A stretch of DNA of 64,000 bases from Candidatus Taenariivivens baikalensis (GCA_009691445.1 SICL01000003.1:25834-89833); one strand, 5' to 3'. Shown: positions 42,434 to 53,305, numbered from the stretch's first letter. Notes: generated by a model from the letters alone, not told the origin. Translations and numbers: made by a program.

Positions 42434-42889
42434 TTGTTTGAGATTTATGTCGACGCCGATGCTTGTCCGGTGAAACAGGAAGTCATCAAGGTGGCGGAAC
42501 GCTTTGAATGTCACGTCACTTTTGTGGCGAATGCAGCTATGCGAATTCCTGAATCCCAGAGAAGCAAACTGGTGGTGGTTGAAAGCCGTCAGCTCGACGC
42601 GGCCGATGACTGGATTGTGAACCATCTTTCTCGGGATGATCTTGTCATTACCACGGACATTCCCTTGGCGTATCGATGCGTTCAAGCCGGGGCCGCGGCG
42701 CTTGATTCTTCAGGGCATATTTTTACCGAAGAAAATGTGGGACAGCTGCTGGCTCAACGCGATCTGATGTCCTCGCTTCGGGACACGGGCATGGTCACTG
42801 GAGGAGGTCCGGCTCCGTTTCAAAAACAGGATCGTTCGCGTTTTCTCCATAGTCTTGATCAGATGATTCGGAACCGAGCACGCCAATAG
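42434..42889 (+). CDS. yaiI: YaiI/UPF0178 (DUF188) family protein
   Basis: IYVDADACPVKQEVIKVAER...VANAAMRIP...DLVITTDIPLAYRCVQAGAAALDSSGH matches the UPF0178 consensus (IWVDADACP..v.e.i...A.R.....vaN........DLVITaDIPLAa......A.Aln.rGe). Confidence 0.8.
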   Translation: MFEIYVDADACPVKQEVIKVAERFECHVTFVANAAMRIPESQRSKLVVVESRQLDAADDWIVNHLSRDDLVITTDIPLAYRCVQAGAAALDSSGHIFTEENVGQLLAQRDLMSSLRDTGMVTGGGPAPFQKQDRSRFLHSLDQMIRNRARQ

Positions 42890-43106
42890 GTTACAGTCGT
42901 GCGTGCCATGATGACTCAACACCCACTCAATCGCCCCCGATGAAATCCTAGAAAATTAACTTAACCTGTGATGATGATATGAGTTATAATTCGCGCTCAC
43001 TCTTGGCATCATTCTTGAAGGATTAAGGCCGAGGGACAGGTCTACGAAAGCAAAACAGACCTTTCCCTGAGTTCTAAACGTTTTCATTAAAAGGAGCACG
43101 AACAAT

Positions 43107-45041
43107 ATGGGTAAAGTTCTCGGAATCGATTTAGGAACGACCAATTCATGTATGGCTATTATGGAAGGGGGAGAGCCGAAGGTTATTCCCAATAAAGAGG
43201 GAAACCGCACCACGCCTTCCGTGGTTGCCTTTACCAAGACCAAGGAAAGACTGGTCGGGCAATCTGCCAAACGTCAGGCAGTTACCAATCCCGAAAACAC
43301 AATTTTCAGCGCCAAACGTTTCATCGGACGCCGCTTCACTGAAGTGGAACGCGAAAGCAAACTCGTCCCGTTTAAGGTCAGCGCCGGGAAACATGGGGAA
43401 GCGGTTATTCAGGTCCCCGCAGAAAACCGGGATTTCACGCCTCCGGAAATCTCCGCAATGGTACTTCAGAAACTTAAAGCCGATGCAGAAGCTTATCTCG
43501 GCGAGCCCATCACGCAAGCCGTGATTACAGTTCCTGCTTATTTTAATGACTCCCAGCGCCAGGCTACCAAAGATGCGGGGCAGGTAGCGGGACTTGAAGT
43601 GCTTCGTATTATCAACGAACCGACAGCCGCTTCGCTTGCCTACGGTCTAGATAAAAAGAAAGATGAAAAAATTGTCGTCTATGATTTGGGCGGCGGAACC
43701 TTTGACGTTTCGATTCTTGAAATCGGCGAAGGCGTTTTTGAGGTCAAATCCACCAACGGTGACACTCATCTCGGCGGTGATGATTTTGACCACAAGATCA
43801 TTGAATGGATGATTCAAGAATTCAAGAAATCTGAAGGCATTGATCTGGGCAAAGACCGTATGGCGCTCCAGCGTTTGAAAGAAGCCGGGGAAAAAGCCAA
43901 ATGCGAACTTTCCACAGCGCAAAGCACGGAAATTAATCTGCCGTTTATCACGGCCGATGCATCCGGCCCCAAGCATTTCCTCCTGTCTCTCACACGAGCC
44001 AAACTCGAACAGCTCGTGGAAGATCTGATTGAGCGGACTGTCGCCCCGTGTGTGAATGCCCTCAAGGATTCAGGCATTGACGCCAAGAATATTGATGAAG
44101 TGATTCTCGTCGGTGGTCAGACGCGTATGCCGGCGGTGGTGGCAAAAGTCCGCAAGCTCTTCGGTAAGGATCCTCACCAGGGTGTGAATCCGGATGAAGT
44201 CGTTGCTGTCGGTGCTGCCATTCAAGGCGGAGTATTAAAAGGCGACGTCAAAGATATTGTCCTTCTGGACGTAACCCCGCTTTCTCTGGGTATCGAAACC
44301 CTGGGCGGCATCTTGACCAAGCTGATCGAAAGAAACACGACCATCCCCACGCAAAAGTCAGAGATTTTCTCCACGGCTGCAGATAGTCAAACCGCAGTCA
44401 CGGTTAAGGTGCTCCAAGGGGAACGCGAGATGGCTAATGACAACCGGTCACTCGGAATTTTTAATCTGGAAGGACTTCCTCCGGCTCCACGCGGAGTGCC
44501 TCAGATTGAAGTGACCTTTGACATTGACGCCAACGGTATTGTCCATGTCTCAGCCAAGGATCTCGGGACCGGAAAATCTCAAAAAATCCGCATCGAGTCT
44601 TCTTCCGGCCTTTCCAAAGAAGAAGTCGAGAAGCTCATTAAGGAAGCGGAAGCTCATGCCGCGGATGATAAAAAGAAACACGAAGTCATCACTGCCCGCA
44701 ATCAGCTCGATAACCTGATTTACGCCACGGAAAAAAGTCTGAAGGATTACGGCGATAAAATCACCGAGGATGAAAAGAAAAAAGTCGAAGAGGCTTTAGA
44801 AGAAGCAAAGAAATCTTTGACCACGGATTCTGCAGAAACGCTTCAGCAGGCGACGACAAAACTCACGACTGCTTCGCATACGATCGCACAGAAAGTCTAC
44901 GAAGAAGCCGCCAAGAAAGCTCAAGCTTCCAAAGACGGCCCCTCCGCTGGACAGGGTGAAGATGATGCGCCTAAAAAAGAAGATGTTGTGGACGCAGATT
45001 ACGAAGTCGTTGACGAAGAAGGCAAAGAAAAAAAGAAATAA
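43107..45041 (+). CDS. dnaK: molecular chaperone DnaK (Hsp70)
   Basis: [28 protein letters not shown]...[12 protein letters not shown]...[11 protein letters not shown] canonical Hsp70 motifs; no grpE/dnaJ adjacent. Confidence 0.95.
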   Translation: MGKVLGIDLGTTNSCMAIMEGGEPKVIPNKEGNRTTPSVVAFTKTKERLVGQSAKRQAVTNPENTIFSAKRFIGRRFTEVERESKLVPFKVSAGKHGEAVIQVPAENRDFTPPEISAMVLQKLKADAEAYLGEPITQAVITVPAYFNDSQRQATKDAGQVAGLEVLRIINEPTAASLAYGLDKKKDEKIVVYDLGGGTFDVSILEIGEGVFEVKSTNGDTHLGGDDFDHKIIEWMIQEFKKSEGIDLGKDRMALQRLKEAGEKAKCELSTAQSTEINLPFITADASGPKHFLLSLTRAKLEQLVEDLIERTVAPCVNALKDSGIDAKNIDEVILVGGQTRMPAVVAKVRKLFGKDPHQGVNPDEVVAVGAAIQGGVLKGDVKDIVLLDVTPLSLGIETLGGILTKLIERNTTIPTQKSEIFSTAADSQTAVTVKVLQGEREMANDNRSLGIFNLEGLPPAPRGVPQIEVTFDIDANGIVHVSAKDLGTGKSQKIRIESSSGLSKEEVEKLIKEAEAHAADDKKKHEVITARNQLDNLIYATEKSLKDYGDKITEDEKKKVEEALEEAKKSLTTDSAETLQQATTKLTTASHTIAQKVYEEAAKKAQASKDGPSAGQGEDDAPKKEDVVDADYEVVDEEGKEKKK

Positions 45042-45049
45042 GGTTTTGG

Positions 45050-45190
45050 TCGTTGCGCGAGAGGAGTCCCCGCAGGGCGACGAAGCAATCTCGGGCTACA
45101 ACCCGAGATTGCTTCGATGCGCGCGCGCAATGTCCAACCCTCGTGTCATTGCGAGTCCCGCGCTTTGGCGGCGACGCGGCAATCTCAAGT
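45050..45190. repeat. Family-R composite palindromic repeat, intergenic downstream of dnaK
   Basis: gtcgttgcgcgag...cgacgaagcaatctcgggctacaacccgagattgcttcgatgcgcgcgcgcaatg...gtcattgcgagtcccgcgctttggcggcgacgcggcaatctc; shares cccgagattgcttcg and gtcattgcgag[gt]cccgcgctttggcgg with the copy at 20033-20143. Confidence 0.8.
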
Positions 45191-45246
45191 GCACAACCAG
45201 GAGATTACTTTTCTGCAGCTCCTAATGTCAGCACCCAGTTCTGTAT

Positions 45247-46126
45247 TATGAAAAAATATCGTTTGGCTTTATTTTTTCTGTTCTATTTTTATCTACCCCT
45301 TTGTCTTTTCGCTTCGACTCCTAAATTTGAAGTCTCTCTGTCAAACTCCCGCGTCCAAACCGGGGAGAGCGTCCTTTACACGATTACGGCAAAATGGCCT
45401 AAATCGAATTCTTCTTACTCCTTTCTATCCCCCGATCCTCTCCTAGAAAATCTCATCCTTCTCCGGAAAGGGGAGTCCCAGGAAGTCATTGTCGATGAAG
45501 GGAAGGAATGGCTCCAGAAAACCTTTGAACTGGAATTTAGCGCCCCAGTAAAAGGACAGGCCCGAATCAGATCCTTTGATTTGAATTATCTTTCCCGTTC
45601 AGAAGAGGCGGGTGACGCTCAAAACCAAATCACGGGAAAATTCAATTCTCCCGAACAAATACTGTCGATTCAGTCCCCTGAAAAATTCACTCCCCTTCAT
45701 TTACTTCTGTTTTCCCTTCTCGGGATAGGCGGCGCAGCCTTAGGGGGATTTCTGATCTTTTTCCCAAAGAAATCTGCTCCGGAAGCTTGCCTCATTGTTG
45801 AAACTCCTCAGGAAATCGCCCTTAGAGGGATTAAAGTTCTGGGGGAATCCTTAACCCTTTCTCCCAAAGAAATTCTTCAGGAACTTTTTTTTCAATTTCG
45901 TGATTTCATTATTCGGCATTTTGATTTATCATTAGCCGCTCATTCCGAAGCGGATCTCATTCGAATTTTAAATGAATCAGGTAAGGAGATCGGAAAAACG
46001 CCCGTTTGCATTCTGGAAAAGATCAGTGAACTCCGATATGCGAACGAAGAACTCAGCCGCGAACCAATGGTTTCGCTCATCAAAGATGTCCTGCGTTATA
46101 TCGAAGTAACTAAATCTGTTTCATAA
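45247..46126 (+). CDS. hypothetical membrane-anchored protein (signal peptide + one TM; possibly BatD-like)
   Basis: MKKYRLALFFLFYFYLPLCLFAS signal; TM LLLFSLLGIGGAALGGFLIFF; the track ORF starts 45053, but that extension reads through the Family-R repeat and is rejected. Confidence 0.45.
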
Positions 46127-46265
46127 AAGAAATAAGATATAAACTTTAATCGCTAAGAAACAAGATGCGAATAAATTGCGTTTCATCAAATCCGGATTTT
46201 GAAATTAGAAATTGAAATTTGGTCTTTATTTGGAACTTGATTTTATATAAAAACGAGGAGAACTT

Positions 46266-47255
46266 ATGGATGCTAACATTCAGGAAATCAATGCACGAGT
46301 CAAAGAAGCCAGCACTTCAGTCAATGAGGTTCTGCGGGAAATTGGAAAAGTCATTGTCGGTCAGCAATACCTGATCGAACGTCTTATTATTGCCTTACTC
46401 GCGGATGGTCACGTGCTGATTGAAGGCGTGCCGGGACTCGCCAAAACTCTTTCGGTTAAAACCCTAGCCCAAACTCTGAATACCAAGTTCCAGCGAATTC
46501 AGTTTACCCCGGATCTTCTTCCGGCCGATATTATCGGAACACTTGTGTATAACCCCAAGGATGGGAATTTCACCACCAAACACGGGCCCATCTTCTCCAA
46601 TATTATTCTTGCCGATGAAATTAACCGTGCCCCATCCAAAGTCCAAAGCGCTCTTCTGGAAGCGATGCAGGAGCGCCAGGTAACCATCGGAGAAAAAACC
46701 TTTCCCTTGGAAAAACCCTTTCTGGTGCTTGCAACTCAAAACCCGATTGAACAGGAAGGAACCTATCCTCTTCCCGAAGCCCAAGTCGACCGCTTCATGC
46801 TGAAACTGCTCGTCACTTATCCCAGCAAAAAAGAGGAGAAAGAAATCCTGGAGCGAATGACCTCTGGAAAGCAAATTGATGCCAAACCCGTCCTGACGCT
46901 GGAAAGACTCCTCGAGCTTCGCGACCTCATGAATCAAATTTATGTGGATGATAAGGTGAAAGATTATGTGCTGGATCTTGTGTTCGCAACCCGCGAACCG
47001 GAAAAATACAAACTTGCAGATATCAAACCCCTGATCAGCTACGGGGCTTCGCCGCGCGCCAGCATCATGCTGACCAAGGCTGCCAAGGCCCACGCCTTTT
47101 TGCGCGGCAGGGGATATGTCACTCCCGATGATGTTAAATTGATCGGGTTTGACGTTCTGCGCCACCGAATTACCACCACCTACGAAGCAGAAGCGGAAGA
47201 AGTCACGTCCGATGACCTTGTCAAAAAGATATTTGACCAGGTCGAAGTTCCATGA
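46266..47255 (+). CDS. MoxR-family AAA+ ATPase
   Basis: VIVGQQYLIERLIIALLADGHVLIEGVPGLAKT Walker A; ILADEINRA Walker B; QNPIEQEGTYPLPEAQ. Confidence 0.9.
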   Translation: MDANIQEINARVKEASTSVNEVLREIGKVIVGQQYLIERLIIALLADGHVLIEGVPGLAKTLSVKTLAQTLNTKFQRIQFTPDLLPADIIGTLVYNPKDGNFTTKHGPIFSNIILADEINRAPSKVQSALLEAMQERQVTIGEKTFPLEKPFLVLATQNPIEQEGTYPLPEAQVDRFMLKLLVTYPSKKEEKEILERMTSGKQIDAKPVLTLERLLELRDLMNQIYVDDKVKDYVLDLVFATREPEKYKLADIKPLISYGASPRASIMLTKAAKAHAFLRGRGYVTPDDVKLIGFDVLRHRITTTYEAEAEEVTSDDLVKKIFDQVEVP

Positions 47256-48127
47256 TCCCAAAGGAAATCCTTCGAAAAGTCCGTCATATTGAACTCAGAA
47301 CCACCCGATTAGTGAACCATCTTTTCGGGGGAGAATATAAGTCTGTTTTCAAAGGACAAGGCATTGAGTTTGCGGACGTCCGCGAGTATGTTCCTGGCGA
47401 TGACATTCGCACAATTGACTGGAATGTCACCGCCAGGTCCCAGAATCCCTTTGTCAAAAAGTTTATTGAGGAACGCGAACTAACCGTCATGTTCGTGGTA
47501 GATATGTCTGGCTCCCAATTTTTCGGATCCGCCAACCGCCTAAAATCCGAAGTGGCGGCTGAAATCACCGCCCTTTTGGCTTTTTCTGCAGTGCGCAATC
47601 ACGACAAAACGGGCCTTTTGATCACAACCGATCGCGTTGAAAAATTCATTCCCCCTAAAAAGGGAAAGACCAACGTTCTTCGCGTGGTCCGCGAAATCCT
47701 GTACTTCAAGCCTAAGCGGCGTGAGACCAAACTCGCTGCGGTCTTTGAACATCTGAATAAAGCTCTCACCCGTACCGCCATCATCTTTGTCGTTTCAGAT
47801 TTTTTAGATGCGGGCTATGAAAAAAGCCTTAAAATTCTGAATCGCCGCCACGATGTGATTGTGCTTCATCTCAAGGACCGCCGTGAAGAGGAACTCCCCG
47901 ATCTAGGGCTTCTTATGGCTAAGGACCCGGAAACCGGCAAAGAATTTCTCGTGGATACCTCCCAGCGGAATCTCCGTGAAGACTATCATAAGAAATTCCA
48001 GCGGCATCAAACTCAGTTGGACAGTTTTTTTAAAACTCTCGGGATCGATAAAGTTGCCATTAATGCAGATCAATCTTACATTGAACCCATCATGCGATTT
48101 TTTAGGCTGAGGGAGAGAAGGTTGTGA
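47252..48127 (+). CDS. DUF58-domain protein (VWA-like, MoxR partner)
   Basis: REYVPGDDIRTIDWNVTAR is the DUF58 signature. Confidence 0.85.
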   Translation: MIPKEILRKVRHIELRTTRLVNHLFGGEYKSVFKGQGIEFADVREYVPGDDIRTIDWNVTARSQNPFVKKFIEERELTVMFVVDMSGSQFFGSANRLKSEVAAEITALLAFSAVRNHDKTGLLITTDRVEKFIPPKKGKTNVLRVVREILYFKPKRRETKLAAVFEHLNKALTRTAIIFVVSDFLDAGYEKSLKILNRRHDVIVLHLKDRREEELPDLGLLMAKDPETGKEFLVDTSQRNLREDYHKKFQRHQTQLDSFFKTLGIDKVAINADQSYIEPIMRFFRLRERRL

Positions 48128-49083
48128 AGTCAATCGTGTCATTGCGAACAAATCTAAGCACTCTGACTCTTTTCTTAGTCTGTTCCCTCAGCGCTTTTGC
48201 CGCTGTGCCGAAATCATCTTCGTCGATTTCGGTTAAGGCAGAAGTCGACCACGCATTTATCACGATTGGAGATCCCGTCACCTACAGCGTCACCATCAAG
48301 CACGCGGCCGATGTGTTGGTGCTTTCCACACTGAATCCGCCGTCCGAAGAGACGTTCAAACTTAAAAACATGCAAGAGATTCACCGCAAGGAAGGCGCCT
48401 TGACCGTGGAAGGCCGCAAATACACGCTGACCTGCCTACGGCTTGGAGAATTCATCCTGGATCCTCAGGAAATTCAGTACCGGGCCGGTGGGGGAGAAGT
48501 CAAAACGATTCGAACTGAAAAAATTTATGTCACGGTAAAAAGCGTCGCCGAAGGAGAAGAGAAAAAGGACATTCGCGGAATTAAATCTGTGGTCCGCCTT
48601 GAGATTTCTCTCATTCCTTGGATCATTACCGGAATCGTCCTTTTAATTTGCGTCGTGGGATTCATGATTTATCAAAAAATTAAAAAGAGCAAGGGTCAGC
48701 CGCCCAAGCCAGAAACCAGGCTTTCCCTGGAAGAACAAGCCCTTCTCGATCTCGACCAGCTTTACGACTCTGATTTTCTCCGAAATGGGAAGATCAAGGA
48801 ATACCATTTACGACTCTCGGAAATTTTAAGGGTGTATTTTGAGCACCGCTATGACATTCTGGCGGCTGAATCCACCACCAGTGAAATCAGCCACTTGCTT
48901 CGGCAAAAAAATATGGACCTCAAGCTTCGCGAGAAAATTGAGACAGTGCTTGAGGCCGCTGATCTCGCTAAATTCGCCAAATGGAAACCCGATCCCCAGA
49001 TGATTAAAGAGAATTTTAAAAAAGCCAAGGAAATTGTTGAGGATTCTAAAGTCGTTCCCATTCAAGAGGGAGGAGCGGCATGA
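48124..49083 (+). CDS. hypothetical membrane protein of the Bat/MoxR aerotolerance-type operon (signal + TM; BatD-like?)
   Basis: signal LTLFLVCSLSAFAA; TM ISLIPWIITGIVLLICVVGFMIY; operon context only. Confidence 0.4.
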   Translation: MKSIVSLRTNLSTLTLFLVCSLSAFAAVPKSSSSISVKAEVDHAFITIGDPVTYSVTIKHAADVLVLSTLNPPSEETFKLKNMQEIHRKEGALTVEGRKYTLTCLRLGEFILDPQEIQYRAGGGEVKTIRTEKIYVTVKSVAEGEEKKDIRGIKSVVRLEISLIPWIITGIVLLICVVGFMIYQKIKKSKGQPPKPETRLSLEEQALLDLDQLYDSDFLRNGKIKEYHLRLSEILRVYFEHRYDILAAESTTSEISHLLRQKNMDLKLREKIETVLEAADLAKFAKWKPDPQMIKENFKKAKEIVEDSKVVPIQEGGAA

Positions 49084-50063
49084 TTGAGTTTCGCCATCCG
49101 GCCTTTTTCTTTTTGATTTTTTTGCTTCCCCTCATTTTTTACTTCTCTTTCCGAAGAAAAAAATCTACGCTTATTTATTCAACCGCTGCGTTTCTTGAAC
49201 ATCAGTCACTTTCCTGGCGGATGATGGGCTATCGCTTCATGCCCATTGCGCACGCCCTCGTATTTCTCCTTTTCATTATCGCTTTGGCGCGTCCCCAGCG
49301 CGTCACCGCCGAACGGGATGTTCAATCCTTTGGGGTCGATATTATCCTGGCTCTGGATATCTCCGGATCCATGCTGGCTGAAGATTTTAAGCCTGAAAAC
49401 CGTATGCAAGTAGCCAAGCAGGAAGCCGCAAAATTTATTCAGGGACGTCAAAATGACCGGATTGGTTTGGTCGTGTTTGCCCGTAAGGCCTTCACACAAT
49501 GCCCGCTCACGATGGATTACGATGTCCTGCTCCGCCTGTTGAAGGAAATTAAAATCGGGATGATTTCGGATGGTACGGCCGTCGGAATGGGGCTGGCAAC
49601 GGCGGTGAACCGTCTGCGGGACAGTCATGCTAAAAGTAAGGTGATTATCCTTCTGACGGATGGTGATAGTAACGCCGGCAATATTGATCCGATTACGGCG
49701 GCCGAGCTTGCCAAGACATTCGGGCTCAAGGTCTACACGATTTGTGTCGGCAGGGGAGGGCTTGTGCCTTTTCCGGTCAATGATCCGCTTTTTGGAAAAC
49801 GTTATGTCCAGGCGAGTATTGAAGTGGATGAAACGGTTCTAAAACGTATCGCCGATATCACCGGCGGTCTTTTCTTCCGCGCCCGCGACCCCAAGGGCCT
49901 GTCCGAGATTTATGAGAAGATCAATCGGCTTGAAAAAACGGAAATCAAGGTCAAGGTCTTCCGAACCTATGACGAGCTTTTCTCCTTATTTTTGATCCCG
50001 GCGCTTTGCCTTCTTTTGCTCGAATCCCTTTTGAATCATACGATTTTTTCCAAGGTGCCCTAA
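49080..50063 (+). CDS. VWA-domain protein BatA-like
   Basis: two N-terminal TMs then VWA MIDAS motif DIILALDISGSM...LTDGDSN. Confidence 0.8.
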   Translation: MIEFRHPAFFFLIFLLPLIFYFSFRRKKSTLIYSTAAFLEHQSLSWRMMGYRFMPIAHALVFLLFIIALARPQRVTAERDVQSFGVDIILALDISGSMLAEDFKPENRMQVAKQEAAKFIQGRQNDRIGLVVFARKAFTQCPLTMDYDVLLRLLKEIKIGMISDGTAVGMGLATAVNRLRDSHAKSKVIILLTDGDSNAGNIDPITAAELAKTFGLKVYTICVGRGGLVPFPVNDPLFGKRYVQASIEVDETVLKRIADITGGLFFRARDPKGLSEIYEKINRLEKTEIKVKVFRTYDELFSLFLIPALCLLLLESLLNHTIFSKVP

Positions 50064-50064
50064 G

Positions 50065-52137
50065 ATGCAATTTTACGCGCCTGAATATTTCAATTTTTTC
50101 TGGTCGGTGTCGCTTCTTGCCGGTATTTTCTGGCTGACTCAGGCTGACTGGAAGCGGCGTATCGCCAAAATAGGAAACCGCGATTTGGTGCTCTCTAAAC
50201 TGATGCCCAACTTTGATCCCTCCACCAAACTTAAACAGTTTTTCTTTCTCATCCTGGCCATCATTTTCGCAACGATCGCTCTGGCAAGACCGCAATGGGG
50301 TGAGGAAAAGAAAAAAATTCAGCGCAAGGGGATTGATCTTCTCTTTATGCTCGATACCTCACTCAGCATGCTCGCGGAGGATATCAAACCAAGCCGTTTA
50401 GAAAAATCAAAGAGTGAAATCCGAAGTGTTCTGCGGCAGCTCAAGGGCGACCGCGTCGGCATGATTGCCTTTGCCGGAACAAGTTACCTCCAGTCGCCTC
50501 TCACCCTTGATTATTCTGCCTTCCAGCTCTTTGTTGATGCTATCCAGACCGGCTATATTCCTGACCCTGGAACTTCCCTGAGTCAGGCCCTCATGTTGGC
50601 AATTAAGTCGTTTCCTCCTGATAATCTTAAACATAAGGCCGTCATTCTTTTTTCGGATGGGGAAGACCTCGAAGGGGGCGTGGAAGAGGCCTTAAAGCAG
50701 GCCGCTGCTTCAGGACTGCGAATCTATGTCCTGGGAACAGGTTCTGAAAAAGGGGATCCGATTCCTCTCAAAAATGAAGCCAAACAAAAATCCGGATTCA
50801 AAAAAGACCGTAACGGCCAGATTGTGATTACTAAATTAAACCGGCCTTTACTCGAACAAATCGCTCAGAAAGCGGGCGGTCTTTATCTTCCCGCCACACC
50901 CGGTGAACAGGAAATTCCTGTCATTCTAAAACACATGGGAACCTTGGATAAAAAACAATTCAAAGAAAACGTGATCACCGATAAAGAAGATCATTTCCAG
51001 CTGTTCCTTATGTTGTCTTTCCTGATGCTTTGCTTGGAGATGTTCGTACGGCAAGCGAAAAAAAATAAGAAGAACAACGGACAATCCAATGGAGTGATCG
51101 TCGCAGGACTCGCCGCGCTTTGGATACTTCATTCGGGTTTTTTTGAAAATTCAAAGTCGTTGAATAATAAGGCGAATGAGGAGTACAAGCAAAAAAAATA
51201 TCAATCTGCCATTGAAAAGTACCGAAAAGCAGAGATCAAAACACCCGAAGATCCTACGATCCGGTACAACCTTGGATCCACCCTTTATCAGGTTCAAAAC
51301 TACAATCAAGCCGCCAAGGAATTGCAACATACACTTGAGCATAGCCTTCCAGATAATAAATCACTTTTAGCAAACGCCCAGTACAACTACGGCAATACCC
51401 AGTACCGTCTCGGGAACTTCGAAAAAGCGATTGATGCTTATCAGAAAACTCTGGATCTTGCCCCGGGAGATAAGGACGCAAAATATAATCTGGAGTTTCT
51501 GCAAATCAAAAAAAATGCCTTTGATAAAAAAGATCAGGAAAATAAGAAGCAGGATAAGCAACAGCAAAAAAATCAGCCCAAACCTAACGATCAAAAAGAT
51601 CAGCAGCAGAATCAACAGCAGCAGAAGCAAGACCAGCAACAGCAGAAAAATCAGGATCAAAGCAAAGACCAGGATAAGAAAGATCAGCAAGATCAAAAGG
51701 ATCAGCAGCAGCAGGACCAAAAAAAAGATCAACAAGACCAAAAAGATAAGCAAGACCAGGATCAAAAAAATCAGGATCAGAAGGAGCAAGGACAAAACAA
51801 GGATCAGGACGAGAAAAAGGATCAAGACCAACCTGATAAACAGAAAAACCCTGAGGAAGAAAATAAACGAGATCAGGAAAAAGAGGATGAAGAAAAGCAG
51901 CCCCAGGATCAAGACCCCCAGCAAAACGAGGAAAAGAAACCGGATCAGGAGGATCAAAAGGATCAGCAGAAGCCCCAGCCCGCTCAAGGTTCAAGCCAGC
52001 AGCAACTGCAGGGCCAAATGTCGCTTAATGACGCCTTGAGACTGCTCGAGGCCCTCAAAGACTCGGAGAAAGACCTTCAGGACCTTCGGCGGCCTCCAAT
52101 TCCTGAACGGCCGAGACAGGTCGAAAAAGATTGGTAA
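50065..52137 (+). CDS. VWA + TPR protein BatB-like with long C-terminal low-complexity K/D/Q/E-rich tail
   Basis: DLLFMLDTSLSM...FSDGEDL VWA motifs; TPR repeats (YNLGSTLYQVQNYNQAAKE, YNYGNTQYRLGNFEKAIDAYQKTL); about 170-aa KDQQ-type repeat tail. Confidence 0.8.
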   Translation: MQFYAPEYFNFFWSVSLLAGIFWLTQADWKRRIAKIGNRDLVLSKLMPNFDPSTKLKQFFFLILAIIFATIALARPQWGEEKKKIQRKGIDLLFMLDTSLSMLAEDIKPSRLEKSKSEIRSVLRQLKGDRVGMIAFAGTSYLQSPLTLDYSAFQLFVDAIQTGYIPDPGTSLSQALMLAIKSFPPDNLKHKAVILFSDGEDLEGGVEEALKQAAASGLRIYVLGTGSEKGDPIPLKNEAKQKSGFKKDRNGQIVITKLNRPLLEQIAQKAGGLYLPATPGEQEIPVILKHMGTLDKKQFKENVITDKEDHFQLFLMLSFLMLCLEMFVRQAKKNKKNNGQSNGVIVAGLAALWILHSGFFENSKSLNNKANEEYKQKKYQSAIEKYRKAEIKTPEDPTIRYNLGSTLYQVQNYNQAAKELQHTLEHSLPDNKSLLANAQYNYGNTQYRLGNFEKAIDAYQKTLDLAPGDKDAKYNLEFLQIKKNAFDKKDQENKKQDKQQQKNQPKPNDQKDQQQNQQQQKQDQQQQKNQDQSKDQDKKDQQDQKDQQQQDQKKDQQDQKDKQDQDQKNQDQKEQGQNKDQDEKKDQDQPDKQKNPEEENKRDQEKEDEEKQPQDQDPQQNEEKKPDQEDQKDQQKPQPAQGSSQQQLQGQMSLNDALRLLEALKDSEKDLQDLRRPPIPERPRQVEKDW
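51500..51990. repeat. coding low-complexity nucleotide repeat (aaagatcagcag / caggatcaaaaa iterations) inside the BatB-like gene
   Basis: direct reading of cagcagcag / gatcaaaag iterations; generates shadow ORFs on all other frames. Confidence 0.8.
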
Positions 52138-52160
52138 GGAAGCTAGGCAAATTAACCGAT

Positions 52161-52616
52161 GGAGTTTTTATGTCTCTTAATCTTAGAATTGACGACGAAA
52201 TCAAACAAGCGATGAAGTCGAGAAATGCTGATGCGCTTTCAACACTGCGAATGTTGAAATCAGCAATCATGAACGACGCAATCAACAAAAAGAAAAACCA
52301 GTTGGAGGACACCGAGATTCTCGAGATCATCCAAAAACAGGTTAAACAGCGCAGGGAAAGCATTGACAGTTTTAAAGCTGCCGCCCGCATTGAACTTGCC
52401 CAAAAAGAGGAACGTGAGATTGAAGTTCTCCAGACTTATCTTCCCAAACAACTTTCCGAAGCGGAAATCAAGAATCTTGTCGAAAAGGCCATTGCCAGTA
52501 CCGGCGCCACAAAAAAGACTGAGCTTGGTAAGATCATGAAAGTGCTCATGCCGGATACCAAGGGACGCGCCGACGGTAAAGTTGTCAGCGATCTTGCCCA
52601 ATCCATGCTTCAGTAG
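52161..52616 (+). CDS. yqeY: GatB/YqeY-domain protein
   Basis: MSLNLRIDDEIKQAMKSRNADALSTLRMLKSAI...EILEIIQKQVKQRRESIDSFKAA...ELGKIMKVLMPDTKGRADGKVVSDL is the YqeY signature; start set at Met 52161 rather than track 52131. Confidence 0.8.
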   Translation, partial: GVFMSLNLRIDDEIKQAMKSRNADALSTLRMLKSAIMNDAINKKKNQLEDTEILEIIQKQVKQRRESIDSFKAAARIELAQKEEREIEVLQTYLPKQLSEAEIKNLVEKAIASTGATKKTELGKIMKVLMPDTKGRADGKVVSDLAQSMLQ

Positions 52617-52807
52617 ACCACAAATTTCGCCTTCCCACTTTACATAGTATCTATTTTACATAAGATACATTATAGGACGTTATTAATCCCTGTAGAGCAC
52701 AATTCACCACGATCGCTGTAAGGTTTGATGGTGGGAAAAGCCGCAAAAGAAGTCGCGTTCGACGTATTCGGAGCTACGCGCTGCTTCGCTGAAGACTTAG
52801 GAAAAAA

Positions 52808-53305
52808 CTAGTGGATCTTGCGAGGAAGCAGATCCCTTTTAAGGCTGGCAACTCGGTCGATAAAAAGCAAACCACTCAGATGATCGACTTCATGCTGAAT
52901 GCAGATGGCTTCAATCCCTTCGGAAATCTTCTGGAGCTTTCGGCCCTTCTCGTTGTGCCATTCCACCAAGATACGCTTATAGCGTTTGATATCACCCCGG
53001 TAATCCGGAATACTCATACACCCTTCACGACTAGTGGTCTCTTCCCAAAATTCGCGAATCAAGGGATTGATCAGGCAGAGCTTTTGGCCTTTAGGATCGC
53101 GCTCAGTAACATCGACAAGGGCCACCTGAAGCCCGCTTCCGATTTGAGGCGCTGCAAGCCCAATCCCGTGGGTTTGTTTTTTCATAATACGATGAAGATC
53201 GGATATCAAGCGCGTGAGCTCCACGGTACCAAAATCACGGACAACCTGACACGGCGTTCTGAGGATGGGGTCAGGAAAGATTCGGATTTTAGCTTCGGAA
53301 GACAT
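52808..53305 (-). CDS. def: peptide deformylase
   Basis: GIGLAAPQIG, EGCMSIP, HEVDHL three conserved PDF motifs. Confidence 0.9.
   Translation of the reverse strand: MSSEAKIRIFPDPILRTPCQVVRDFGTVELTRLISDLHRIMKKQTHGIGLAAPQIGSGLQVALVDVTERDPKGQKLCLINPLIREFWEETTSREGCMSIPDYRGDIKRYKRILVEWHNEKGRKLQKISEGIEAICIQHEVDHLSGLLFIDRVASLKRDLLPRKIH

Noticed and set aside
45053-45246. N-terminal extension of the 45053..46126 ORF
   Set aside because: It reads through the family-R palindromic repeat (…VVAREESPQGDEAISGYNPRLL…); a clean signal-peptide start exists at 45247.
48140-48180. Weak family-R-like match (gtcattgcgaacaaatctaagc) at the 5' end of the 48124 gene
   Set aside because: Only a half-site with poor similarity; could be chance.
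51367-52039. Long ORFs of poly-Leu/Ile (minus) and K/R/S-rich (plus) overlapping the BatB-like tail
   Set aside because: Low-complexity shadow frames of the KDQQ-coding repeat.
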